Shown here piece after piece: positions 21,319 to 31,175 of a stretch of 64,000 nucleotides of DNA (position 1 is the stretch's first letter; each line of letters starts with the position of its first letter). The stretch spans positions 4,288,845-4,352,844 of the forward strand of contig SMSO01000014.1 of assembly GCA_004764695.1 (NCBI GenBank), in the 5' to 3' direction. The notes below the pieces were generated by a model. It was not told where the DNA came from. It saw only the letters and a list, made by a program, of their open reading frames with translations, and did not search any database. A program made the position numbers and the translations under genes. Source of the DNA: Schizochytrium sp. TIO01 (taxonomy: Eukaryota > Protista > Bigyra: Labyrinthulomycetes).

Positions 21319-23421
21319 TTAATTGCAATCATTGTTCTCTTTGTCTTCTTTAGCGACCTTTTGCTGCTTCACTGTAGGCCTCTTTGAAGACGTCTGGAGT
21401 GGCTGCCAGAAATCAAGCAACGTGACAGCCTTACGCTTATGGGGCGTAGATAATTCTGTCGCATCATCTGTCACATCATCTGCCACACCCTCGCCGGTAT
21501 TTCTTTTCAACTGTTTTGGAGTCTTGAGATGAATCTTGAGGCGCCGCCGCGAGGGTTGTTGCTGTGGATTAGGGGTCCACAACCGCATTCCATTGTTGAG
21601 CAAATTCTTTCTACCAGGCATTGCTGATGCATGACCTCCAAAAGACGTTCCAGAGTTCGATAATGAGGTTCTCACATCATGATCATTGCCTGGATAGACA
21701 CGTCCACGACGAGCAGCAACTGACAATTCCGGCTCTACCCGCGACGCACGATTATGAAAACGAGACTCATTAATTTCCCAGATACGAACTGAAGCGTCGT
21801 CAGATATACTCGCGATTGTATTCATGTTATGTGGATCCCAGTGAACAGTAGTGACTTCGTCAGTGTGGCCAAACAAGGCCTTAGTGGGTAGAGATGACGA
21901 TCCATACACATCCCAAATCAAAGCTGATTGATCGTGAGCTACACTAGATCCACTGAGGACATAGTTACCATCAGGACTAAAGCAAGAGTGCACATAAAAC
22001 GATGAGCAAGAGTATGGAGCGCTTGCTGAACCTGTGAATGTACGAAAGTGTTCTGTTGACCTAATTTTGGAGTTATAGTGCATCCATTCATAGACAACAA
22101 TGTCCGAATCTCGATAGCTCACTAAGAGTTTAGAACCACACGGGTCAAAGTCTAGCGACGTAATGCCAGGGCGACGCTGCATACCATGAACAAATGGTGC
22201 AGTTGGGATTTCCTGAACCGGGTCTTGCTTCCGACCCACCACACGAATATCCCAAAATTTGATCTCGCCATGGACACTTGCGGTCGCCAAAAGACGGTCA
22301 TCACGTGTCGGGAGCACACAAGAGATGGCCATAGGCTGACGATATCCGCTACGCCGCTTAGGAGCTGCACAGTGCAGATCATCATATTCAGCTTCTGCAG
22401 TGAGGCAAAGTTCTCCGCTAGGACCACGTGCAGTTGGGTTTCGCTTTGCTCGGGGATCCCAAATAAGCACGAGACCACCTCTGCAGCCACTAACAAAAAG
22501 GTTCGGATTCTGATTAAATGGTCTCACAGTTCGTACTGTGCCTGGGTGACAGCCAAACGTTGAAATGTAGTCCCCAGTCTCAGCGTCCCAGAGCCTCAAA
22601 GTGCGGTCTCCGGACGCAGTGATAAGGCGCTCATTGTCTAGCCATGTAAGATCATAAATACCACTCCGGTGAGCTACCCAGTCTGAGCTAACGCTCCACG
22701 GTGAGCGAGCGCCCTGAGATTCCTCTCCAGATGTAAGAAGACCAACGCGACCAGTTTCATCTCCAACTGCAAGGCATCTGCGTCGACCAAATGAACCAGA
22801 GCCTTCGCCACCGGGTTGACGGCTTCCCGAAAAGCTTGCGGCTGTCGGGCAGACCTCTCCATTACCCCAAGTTTCACTATGTGCCTGCTCAAAATTCTGC
22901 ACGCGAAGGTTGCTCAAGAGATACTCAGCATCTGCAGGTGGTTTACGGAATGCCTGCTGGCAATCTCTTGCCCGAGTGCCAGGCATACGCAGTTCCCGTT
23001 GAGGCCCTGCACCCACATATTCACGATGCAGCAGAGGTCTGAGGATCATCGTGGGTCCCTCTTCACGCAAAGGTCTTGCTCCACAGTTGCCAAGAATTCC
23101 AGAGTCTGCTTTAATATCGTCTCTTGAAGTGCTTAAGAACTTGGCAACTCTCGGGTACCCGAAACGCTCGATGTCTCGGTATTCGGAGGCAACCGCTGCA
23201 CGTCTCAGGACCCACGGCACAGCGTTAGAAAGACTGGGAAAGAAACGGGCAGTGGGTGCTAGTTCTAGATCTATACAGACTCTGTGAACTTTCACCACTG
23301 CTGCTCTAGCTATCGCGCAAGACTTGTTATCGTGCTTCGCAGCGCCGTCGTTAGGTTCTACTCGGGACCACTTCGTCTTGGCTCCCTTCCCCGCGTTCCC
23401 GTACATATTTTTTAATTTCAT
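21319..23421 (-). CDS. CDT2: Denticleless/Cdt2 WD40 substrate receptor of the CRL4 ubiquitin ligase (start codon uncertain)
   Basis: LAVGDETGRV, WVAHRSGIYDLTW, TASGDRTLRLWD, SSFYVHSCFSPDGNYVLSGSS, GHTDEVTTVHW; disordered tail with PIP-like TLLDFW. Confidence 0.85.
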   Translation of the reverse strand: MKLKNMYGNAGKGAKTKWSRVEPNDGAAKHDNKSCAIARAAVVKVHRVCIDLELAPTARFFPSLSNAVPWVLRRAAVASEYRDIERFGYPRVAKFLSTSRDDIKADSGILGNCGARPLREEGPTMILRPLLHREYVGAGPQRELRMPGTRARDCQQAFRKPPADAEYLLSNLRVQNFEQAHSETWGNGEVCPTAASFSGSRQPGGEGSGSFGRRRCLAVGDETGRVGLLTSGEESQGARSPWSVSSDWVAHRSGIYDLTWLDNERLITASGDRTLRLWDAETGDYISTFGCHPGTVRTVRPFNQNPNLFVSGCRGGLVLIWDPRAKRNPTARGPSGELCLTAEAEYDDLHCAAPKRRSGYRQPMAISCVLPTRDDRLLATASVHGEIKFWDIRVVGRKQDPVQEIPTAPFVHGMQRRPGITSLDFDPCGSKLLVSYRDSDIVVYEWMHYNSKIRSTEHFRTFTGSASAPYSCSSFYVHSCFSPDGNYVLSGSSVAHDQSALIWDVYGSSSLPTKALFGHTDEVTTVHWDPHNMNTIASISDDASVRIWEINESRFHNRASRVEPELSVAARRGRVYPGNDHDVRTSLSNSGTSFGGHASAMPGRKNLLNNGMRLWTPNPQQQPSRRRLKIHLKTPKQLKRNTGEGVADDVTDDATELSTPHKRKAVTLLDFWQPLQTSSKRPTVKQQKVAKEDKENNDCN

Positions 23422-24107
23422 AAAATGCGTTGCTCAAATATTGTTTGGGTTCCGCAAATTTGGGTTGCGCAACATTTAGATCTGGATTCCGCCTTAATTG
23501 ATATGAACTTAGTATGGCGAATAGGTATATTTTAAGGGCATATTCCTGTTTAGGGGATGAGTGCGCAATAGCCCGTGAACAAGCGGATCGATCACAGAAG
23601 TACAACAATTGTGCAGGCGATACGGAATGCGCCAAAGCACGCAGACAAAGGTGTCAAGAAGACGGTATGTGTCTTGAAGGGGAAAGTTCGAGAATTGGAA
23701 AGATGTATGCGGGTAGCTTCGCAGAAGTAAGCTATCTTCTGCTAAAGTGTGTTGAATTATACTGCACAGCGACAGTTTACTCGAGCTGCTGCCTCAGTCA
23801 AAGCGCTTCATGACGCAATACGAACCACGAAAAATGCATGCATTCTATAGTGTGTCGTGCAAAGAGTTTGCTGAACAGTGCCAGGCATGACAAGATCACT
23901 GACGGACTTGGGCTGCGGCATACTTTCTATTTGAGTATAAATGTGGTTGGCCGCATGGCAAACCCAAAACGTGAAGACGTTCAAGGCACACAAGTCTCAC
24001 AAAGCAAAGCGGAACTGGATCCGCGGTGAGCAAATTGCATTCCCTTTAAAAAAGTAAGGTGCAGCAAAGCAAGTTAGTCTAAGTAAGAGCTAAACGAAGG
24101 AGGAACT

Positions 24108-25199
24108 ATGCGAGTTGAAGGCCTGGTGGCAGTGGTCACAGGTGGAGGCTCTGGCATGGGCCAAGACCTTGTGCTTCAGCTTGCCGAAGCGCGCTGCCAC
24201 GTAGCTTTTTGTGATGTATCAGATCAAGGAATTCAAGCAACTCTTGATCTTGTCAAGGACACCGCAGGAAGAAATAATGTTCGGGTGATGGGGCAAAATG
24301 TAGATGTCACGGATAGACAAAGTTTACAAAACTTTGCTGAAAAAGTTCTTGCTGCAAACAACAACAAGGTCCACCTCTTGTTCGCAAATGCAGGGATTGC
24401 TTCTCATGGCCCAATGATTCACCCTGCAGATGCATCGCGGGAGTACATTCAACGGAAGGAGGCAGAGTGGGACCATTGTTTCAATGTCGATTACTTTGGC
24501 GTGCTTAACTCCATTCGTGTATTTCTCCCACACATTGTGAAGCAGGAGCAAGGTTACGTCATCAACACAAGCTCTCTAAATGGTATCTGGACATGGCCTG
24601 AACATGGATGCTATACAGCCGCTAAATTTGCTGTGCGTGGGCTTACTGAATCTCTTCTTGTGGAAACCTATGCAAAGGCACCGCATGTTAAGGTAGCTTG
24701 CGTTCACCCTGGAGGTGTGCGCACGAATATTGTTCGAAATTCAACCTTCAACAAGGACTCTTCCGGGAATGACGCGGCAATTATTTCAGAGTTCGACAAG
24801 ATTGCCGGATTGTCCTCATCTGAAGCGGCAGCTTGGATCCTTGATGGCGTTGCCAAAAACCAGACGCGCATCCTGGTTGGTTATGATGCAGTTATGTTTG
24901 ACAAAATGAATCGCATTAATCCTCATGGTGGCTATGATTTCTACAGAGCACTTGCTCAAGAAGGTGTATCACAATGGGATCCAACTCGAGCGGGCGAGAT
25001 GGTTACTATGGCCAAGAAAGTCTCAATTTTGGGATGGTTGCGTTTCTTATATAATGGAGGAGCCTTTTTTCTCTCCTTTGGAGCCCCAGCTGTATCCATG
25101 AATGGTATTCGCCAAGTTACTGGTCTGTCTGCCCGCCAGGTTCTTGTACTCTCTGCTTTAGCCACACTCGTCACCCTGAAAGCTCGGGCGCGAATCTAA
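24108..25199 (+). CDS. Short-chain dehydrogenase/reductase with hydrophobic C-terminal extension
   Basis: TGGGSGMG, NAGI, catalytic S...YTAAK, HPGGVRT. Confidence 0.93.
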   Translation: MRVEGLVAVVTGGGSGMGQDLVLQLAEARCHVAFCDVSDQGIQATLDLVKDTAGRNNVRVMGQNVDVTDRQSLQNFAEKVLAANNNKVHLLFANAGIASHGPMIHPADASREYIQRKEAEWDHCFNVDYFGVLNSIRVFLPHIVKQEQGYVINTSSLNGIWTWPEHGCYTAAKFAVRGLTESLLVETYAKAPHVKVACVHPGGVRTNIVRNSTFNKDSSGNDAAIISEFDKIAGLSSSEAAAWILDGVAKNQTRILVGYDAVMFDKMNRINPHGGYDFYRALAQEGVSQWDPTRAGEMVTMAKKVSILGWLRFLYNGGAFFLSFGAPAVSMNGIRQVTGLSARQVLVLSALATLVTLKARARI

Positions 25200-27041
25200 T
25201 ACGCCAAGCGTAGCTTATTACATATAAAGGATTTTGAATTAGTTTTATTGTGAAGTATAAAATGAGCAATGCTTCTTGCGACAGACCGGCTGTAACAATG
25301 TTCTTGGGCTTGAAGTGGCCTTTCGCTGCAGTCCCTTTTACATTATTTCTGCGGCTTCCCAGTTTCAAGATCAACAACTTAACGAGGGAAATATGTGAAA
25401 CATCACATCTACGAAATCTGTGAGGTAACTGCTACTTGACCTGTGCACCACCAGCTCGCCGCAGCATGGAAGAGGTGCTTCGCTTCAACTCTTAGTAGAC
25501 TTAAATACGAGGCATTACTATTCAGTGTGTACTTTCTTTTTACCAGCGGGTTTGTCTCTTACTTCGTCAATTCTGCTTCTAAATGGGTGCGGGTTCTTTG
25601 TCCTTGCACCATAATTTGCCCTCATCAAGCGTGTTTACCCCCAACTACCTCGCATGGGCTACGAGGGAGTATCACTGCCCGGTTGTGGTTTGTCTCTGCA
25701 TTTCTACCTGTACCTCACCTTGACCCGTCTTCATCTCTTTGCAAAGGTATAAATCTCACACTATGGAACACGTGCAAAGACGTGCAAAAAGAAACACGTG
25801 CGGCCAGCTACTGCTATCTGAACAATAGTAACTCCTAATCAACTCTGCCCTCCCAGAGGAGACTTATCTATTCTGTCCGCGAGCCCTTTTTCTCTACACT
25901 CCGACTCTCCGAGGAAGCACTTTTCAATCATCATATGGAAACCTTCAGGCCGAACTCGTTCTACAAAGCTTGGCGAGCATTGGTTTTTGCAGTCGACTGT
26001 AGTGCTACGCGCAATTCTTGGCCAAAATCTGTGTCTGCACGCCGACCAAAACGCACGCACGGGTTCTTCTTACTAGCTTACCAACTACCTAATCTTTTCC
26101 TTGAATAGTTTCGATAGCGATTGCAGTGATTTCTATTTCCATTTTAGACATTTTGTTAACTTTAAAAAAACAAAAGAAATCTTCTTTTTAATTAAAAAAA
26201 AATAGTTAATGTTTTTGTATATGTGTGTGTTCAACTACTAGGTAGCACTAGGTAGGTAGTAATTAGGTAATCATAAAATCTCTAAGTGGGTTATTTTTGT
26301 GAGTTTTGTACGCATTTCTTTTATCAAAAAGCGATTCACGCGCTCCTAGAGCGAGCGCGTCCTAGCCAAGGACGATCAAACTGCTATTTTCATACATCAT
26401 CTCGCTGCAGCACTCGGGTCTCAGCTCTCTGCTCCTGTGTTCCAGCATTAGCTTTCTGCAGCTGCGGCTTGGCCACGGCTAGGTCTTCACCGCGGCCAGC
26501 CTTTCTAGGCCTGGCCGCGTTCGTCATTGCCACCGGTGTGTTGAGATCTCTCGCTCTTTTCTTGCCTCCGGCGATTCTTGCTGTCAAACTCTAGAGAAAG
26601 AACACGAAGTACGCCATCCTGTCCAAACCCTGGATAGGGCATCACAAGGTATCGTTTAAAAAGTCATCGGGCGACGTCTTACCCCTCTTGGAAACTCTCT
26701 CCCTGGGAACCTGAACAAGAAGACAGGAAGCTTGAATAGGCCACCCATTGAATAAACAAGCTGCCTCCGACTGTCGTTATTGCCGATTCCATTAACAATA
26801 GGAATACAACAGGTTAGTCCGAACTACTTAGAGGTGCGACGGAGTCGATTGTCTAGAGCTCCATAATACGAAGGTAAAGAGCTAGCGAGGGACAACCGGA
26901 AACTTCACGAGGTCTTAAAAGATCTCTTGTGCATATTACAATAACTTTTCCAGTGGCACATCTTGCAGTTTGTAGTGAGCGAATTGACGACCTGGCAGCA
27001 CTCTGGGCTGTGCGTACAAAATAAAACAGACGACAATAAGC

Positions 27042-29231
27042 ATGACCAAAATTAAAATTAACAGACTCACCATATGCACAGGATGGTTTACTGTAGCAAC
27101 TATGGTAGCGGCAATGTTGGCAATCCCAGCGCCAACTTCGTGCATGGATTATGAATTACCAGGCGATTGTGGCGAGATAGTATGTTTGCGTCAGTTTGGT
27201 ACACCCTTTTCACATGCCTGGAGCTATGCGGATAAGTATTCCCTCTGCATGCACACAAATAGCACAAGCCAAGAGAAGTACTTTGTGTTTGGTAAAGCGG
27301 ACGATGAGCTTGGAATGCTTTGCACTGAATATGCGCTTACATGCGCGCAGAAATCCCCCCCTTTTGAAGATACGGGCAGATCTGCAACAACGGTTACATC
27401 TAGCCTGCCTCGGCCCACACCGATTGTCTCGGAGGAAGAATTAGCTCAGGATAACGAAGACTCCTTCTATGCAAAAATTCAACGACAACGCAATGCTACT
27501 AATCGTAGGCGTGTCCTTGCAGACTATTCTGTTCTGCATAATCTTGTTCTGTTAATTCGTTTCAGTGACCACAAAGATGATAACCTACCATCACCTGAGA
27601 ATTATGATGTACTCTTCAATAATGATGGTCCAGAATCATCTATATGTCCAACCGGATCGGTAAATGATTTATTTGAAAGCAACTTTTATGGTGAGATCAC
27701 AATCAAACACACAGTTGTTGGCTGGGTCGACATCAACATGACAGAGCTGGAGGCAGCTGGTGATCCGTCTATTCCATGCAATGGTATATGCACTAGTGCG
27801 GGCTTCCGCGACGGCATTTCGGAAGCTCTTGAGTACGTCGAGACCACACTTGGCCTTGATTTTTCCGATTTTGATCTCGATGAGGATGGTAAAGTTGATA
27901 TCTTCACCGTCATACACAGCGGCCATGGAGCTGAAGTAACATGCAGCGCTAGTGATGAGCGCGTATGGAGTCATAAGTGGCGGTTGTCGCCCTCTTATTA
28001 CTCCTCAAATGACATCAAGGTGACAAATTATGCTGCGAGCCCGGGTCGCTGGGGCGCATGGAGCAACTCAATCTCACGCATTGGAGTAATTGCTCATGAA
28101 ATAACTCATTTTCTCGGTATGCCTGACCTTTACGACACCACGGAAAAGACGAAAGGCATCGGGCACTACGGTCTTATGTCTGATGCTTGGGGAAGTGATA
28201 ACTCCCAGCGCTATCCACCTAGCATGTGTCCATGGATTAAAGAGCAACTTGGTATTGTGGAACCTTTTAAAATCACGGAATCTGGTGTTTACAGTATTCC
28301 TGCCGTCCAAGACGGAGGAGAGGGATCGATTTACCGCATTGATTTTATAGATGGTACCTCGGGTGATGCTACAAAAGACTACCTTCTAATAGAGAATCGC
28401 CAAAACAAAGGATTTGATTCTCTTCTTCCGGGTGGCATCCTAATATGGCACATCGATAGCAAAATGTCAAGCAACAGCTTTACCTCTTACCCCGGAGAGT
28501 CTAATTGGCCTTCCCTTCACTATATGGTAGCTCTAGTCCAGGCTGACGGTAATTATGATCTAGAAAAAGATAATAATGACGGTGATGACGGCGATTGGTG
28601 GTTTGCAGGTCGTAGTGAGCTTTCAGATTTTTCCTCCCCGACTCTTAACTCTTATTATTTCATTGAAGATAATCTCTGCTCGGGCCACGTCCTTTCAAAC
28701 TTTTCAATTAGTGGAGATATTATGACCTTTGAGTACACCAAGACAACGCCAAACTGTGAGACAGCCGGACCGACTCTAAGTCCTTCAACCGCTGCTGTGG
28801 TGTCTACGGACGAGCCTACAGTGACGAGCTCTCTTCTTGAGGCTTCCCCAACGCCGTATCCAACGCGAAATCCTACGCCATACCCAACTCAAAATTTTGG
28901 TAGAACTGAGGATGACTCTATAACCGAGGAATCAACTAGTGTTAGTGAAGAGGATGGTTCCTCTGCTCGTTCAGGGTTGTCAAACCTTACAATAATACTT
29001 CTTGGAGCAGCAGGTGGAGCTGCTGTTGTTGCCTTTGCGGTGCTAGGTTCGGTCTTCTATCGCCGGCGGCATCGGCTTGCAAGATCGAATCAGCAACAAC
29101 AACTAGGTTACTTTGAGCATGGTAGTACCAACAACTTTGGAGGGTCTATTGAGATTGGCGTCGTAATAGCACCTAACGCTGCGACACAGAAAGAAGCACC
29201 GAGCTACATGCCTCTAGCACCATCCAAATAG
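27042..29231 (+). CDS. M6 family (immune inhibitor A-like) zinc metalloprotease, type I membrane protein
   Basis: Signal peptide; LVLLIRFSD; DFSDFDLDEDGKVD; IHSGHGAE; WSHKW; HEITHFLGMPDLYD (HExxH at 28095-28109); YLLIENRQ; LIWHID; PTPYPT stalk; TM followed by RRRHR. Confidence 0.92.
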   Translation: MTKIKINRLTICTGWFTVATMVAAMLAIPAPTSCMDYELPGDCGEIVCLRQFGTPFSHAWSYADKYSLCMHTNSTSQEKYFVFGKADDELGMLCTEYALTCAQKSPPFEDTGRSATTVTSSLPRPTPIVSEEELAQDNEDSFYAKIQRQRNATNRRRVLADYSVLHNLVLLIRFSDHKDDNLPSPENYDVLFNNDGPESSICPTGSVNDLFESNFYGEITIKHTVVGWVDINMTELEAAGDPSIPCNGICTSAGFRDGISEALEYVETTLGLDFSDFDLDEDGKVDIFTVIHSGHGAEVTCSASDERVWSHKWRLSPSYYSSNDIKVTNYAASPGRWGAWSNSISRIGVIAHEITHFLGMPDLYDTTEKTKGIGHYGLMSDAWGSDNSQRYPPSMCPWIKEQLGIVEPFKITESGVYSIPAVQDGGEGSIYRIDFIDGTSGDATKDYLLIENRQNKGFDSLLPGGILIWHIDSKMSSNSFTSYPGESNWPSLHYMVALVQADGNYDLEKDNNDGDDGDWWFAGRSELSDFSSPTLNSYYFIEDNLCSGHVLSNFSISGDIMTFEYTKTTPNCETAGPTLSPSTAAVVSTDEPTVTSSLLEASPTPYPTRNPTPYPTQNFGRTEDDSITEESTSVSEEDGSSARSGLSNLTIILLGAAGGAAVVAFAVLGSVFYRRRHRLARSNQQQQLGYFEHGSTNNFGGSIEIGVVIAPNAATQKEAPSYMPLAPSK

Positions 29232-29726
29232 CTCATACGTTGTTGGTTATAAGCGAATTATGATACTGATTGCTTTAGTGAAACGTCACCAAACAACAAC
29301 AAAAAAAAATGCGATCTATTCGAGGCAGATTGCTACGTCTTTTGTATGCTAGAACGATAGTCTATAGAACCTAAAATTTGAATATTAGAATCACATTTGA
29401 AAGATCCAGAAGATTATTTTATAGGTCTCGTTCATTCCATCTTTTGAAGAAATGTACCTTAGCTTGAGATCGCCCCAATGGTAGGAAGGAAAATTGGATC
29501 AGAAGAGAAAAAAAGAAAAACAGAAAATTTAAAGCAGCAAAGATCACAATGAAGATGCCATATTTATGCAATAAAGATAAGAATAAACCGGCGAATGTGA
29601 GACAGACATCTCTTTCTCAATCAAAAATTGGGAAATGTGTTAGTATGTATTGTATCTAATAATGCCTTTAAAAAAGTGATTTGTGGTGGTCTAGGGTGTT
29701 CTACACGGGTACAACAGCATCAAAGC

Positions 29727-31175
29727 TTACTCGTTCTTCTCAGCGGAAACGGGTTCCTCATCAGCGGCGATGGGTTCAGCGGAGCCCTCAACCGTGACCT
29801 CTGTGGGCTCATCGTTGTCAAGCATGAAGTAGTACTCGGGGTGGGTATCAACACAGTTCTTGAGCACAATCGTCTGAGGAGCGCAGCGGTTGATGAATGC
29901 GTCCTTATCGTCGTCGTCCTTGCTATCGCCGACACACTTTTCCCAGGCCATGAACTCTTGGCGGCATGGACCAGCCTTCATGAACTTGCAAAAGCCACAC
30001 TCGTTCTCGCGCTTGTATGAGCAGGAACGGGTCTCCTTGTCGAAGGTGCTCTTGAGGCAATAAGTGCCGTTCAAAGTAATCTCTTCTTCTTCAACATTCT
30101 GGTAGCTCGCGCGGACGGCCTCGTAAGTGCCAGCGGTGTCGAGTTGGCCGTTCCAGTAAAGGTTCTGCTCGTCGACGTTCTTGAGGAGGTACAAGCTCTT
30201 CTTGGCCTCCTCGTCTGTGGCAATACGGTTAAGGAGCACGTTCGAGTACCTAGCCTCGTACGGCTCGCCGCCCTTGTAAGAGAGTGTGATGTGGGCGTAT
30301 TTGTTCTGCGAGCGAAGGTGCGGCGAACTGAGCTCCACCAGGACGGTCTGGCAGTGCTCGTCCTGAGCGTAGCCAATTACGTGGACCTTGTAGTCCTCTG
30401 TGAGAAGGTCATCGTGCTCGAGAACCTGATCCTTAGTCGGCTCAAAGATTACTGTCACGTGATCGTACGCCTGATTTTCCTTAAACAGGGGAGGGAACCG
30501 CTTACGGAGCTTCTCCATGGACTCCTCGTCTAGGAACACAGCAGAGTAGTCGCCTTCTGTCGGCTCATAGTCCCATTTGGGTCTCTTGTTGGCACCTTCC
30601 TCGACAAGAGCTTCTCCTTCCTCCAAAAGCTCTTCTGAAGGCTCCGCATCGTTGCCCTCTGCAGGCTCATCCGAAGGTGGCTCTGAGGCCTCCTCGTCGT
30701 CAGCAGGTGGCTCCGAGGCCTCCTCGTCGTCAGCAGGTGGCTCTGAGGCCTCCTCGTCGTCAGCAGGTGGCTCCAAGGCCTCCTCTTCCTCAGGTTCATT
30801 TTCCTTAGCATCTTGAATACTCTGTGTAGATGCATCTTGGTCATGGATTTTGAGCTCCTCTTCGAGGTCCTTGGCTGCATCCTTTGCGGCCTCGTTCTTG
30901 GTGTCACTGCGGAGTGCGTTGACGGCGGCGACAGCGACAAGAACGCCCGAGGCCCATGTCAAGGCGCTGCTGGCTGCAGGTCTGTGAAGCTGCTCCGCTC
31001 CCTGCGGCACAGCCCCGTTCTCTGCGCGCATCGCAGTCCATTTGGCGCCGGATGTCGAGCTCGATGCTGCCGATGCCGACGATGAAGGCTTGTCCCAAAC
31101 ACGGCCACGGCCAGCACGCGAGGCGAGGCCGCGGGACCGCACGGCCGCCCTTCCAGCCCTCAGTCCTGCACGCAT
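29727..31175 (-). CDS. Mitochondrial membrane protein: presequence + TM + acidic linker + 2H phosphoesterase-like domain + GCK/Mia40-like CxxC-twin CX9C domain
   Basis: ATG 31175 gives an Arg/Ala/Ser-rich presequence (MRAGLRAGRAAVRSRGLASR). TM ALTWASGVLVAVAAVNAL; DHVTV and AHITL motifs; ECGFCKFMKAGPC-X9-C...C-X9-C...HPEYY. Confidence 0.85.
   Translation of the reverse strand: MRAGLRAGRAAVRSRGLASRAGRGRVWDKPSSSASAASSSTSGAKWTAMRAENGAVPQGAEQLHRPAASSALTWASGVLVAVAAVNALRSDTKNEAAKDAAKDLEEELKIHDQDASTQSIQDAKENEPEEEEALEPPADDEEASEPPADDEEASEPPADDEEASEPPSDEPAEGNDAEPSEELLEEGEALVEEGANKRPKWDYEPTEGDYSAVFLDEESMEKLRKRFPPLFKENQAYDHVTVIFEPTKDQVLEHDDLLTEDYKVHVIGYAQDEHCQTVLVELSSPHLRSQNKYAHITLSYKGGEPYEARYSNVLLNRIATDEEAKKSLYLLKNVDEQNLYWNGQLDTAGTYEAVRASYQNVEEEEITLNGTYCLKSTFDKETRSCSYKRENECGFCKFMKAGPCRQEFMAWEKCVGDSKDDDDKDAFINRCAPQTIVLKNCVDTHPEYYFMLDNDEPTEVTVEGSAEPIAADEEPVSAEKNE
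30675..30790 (-). repeat. Coding 30-bp tandem repeat, about 4 copies (EPPADDEEAS)
   Basis: Repeats of ggtggctc[t/c]gaggcctcctcgtcgtcagca read directly. Confidence 0.9.
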
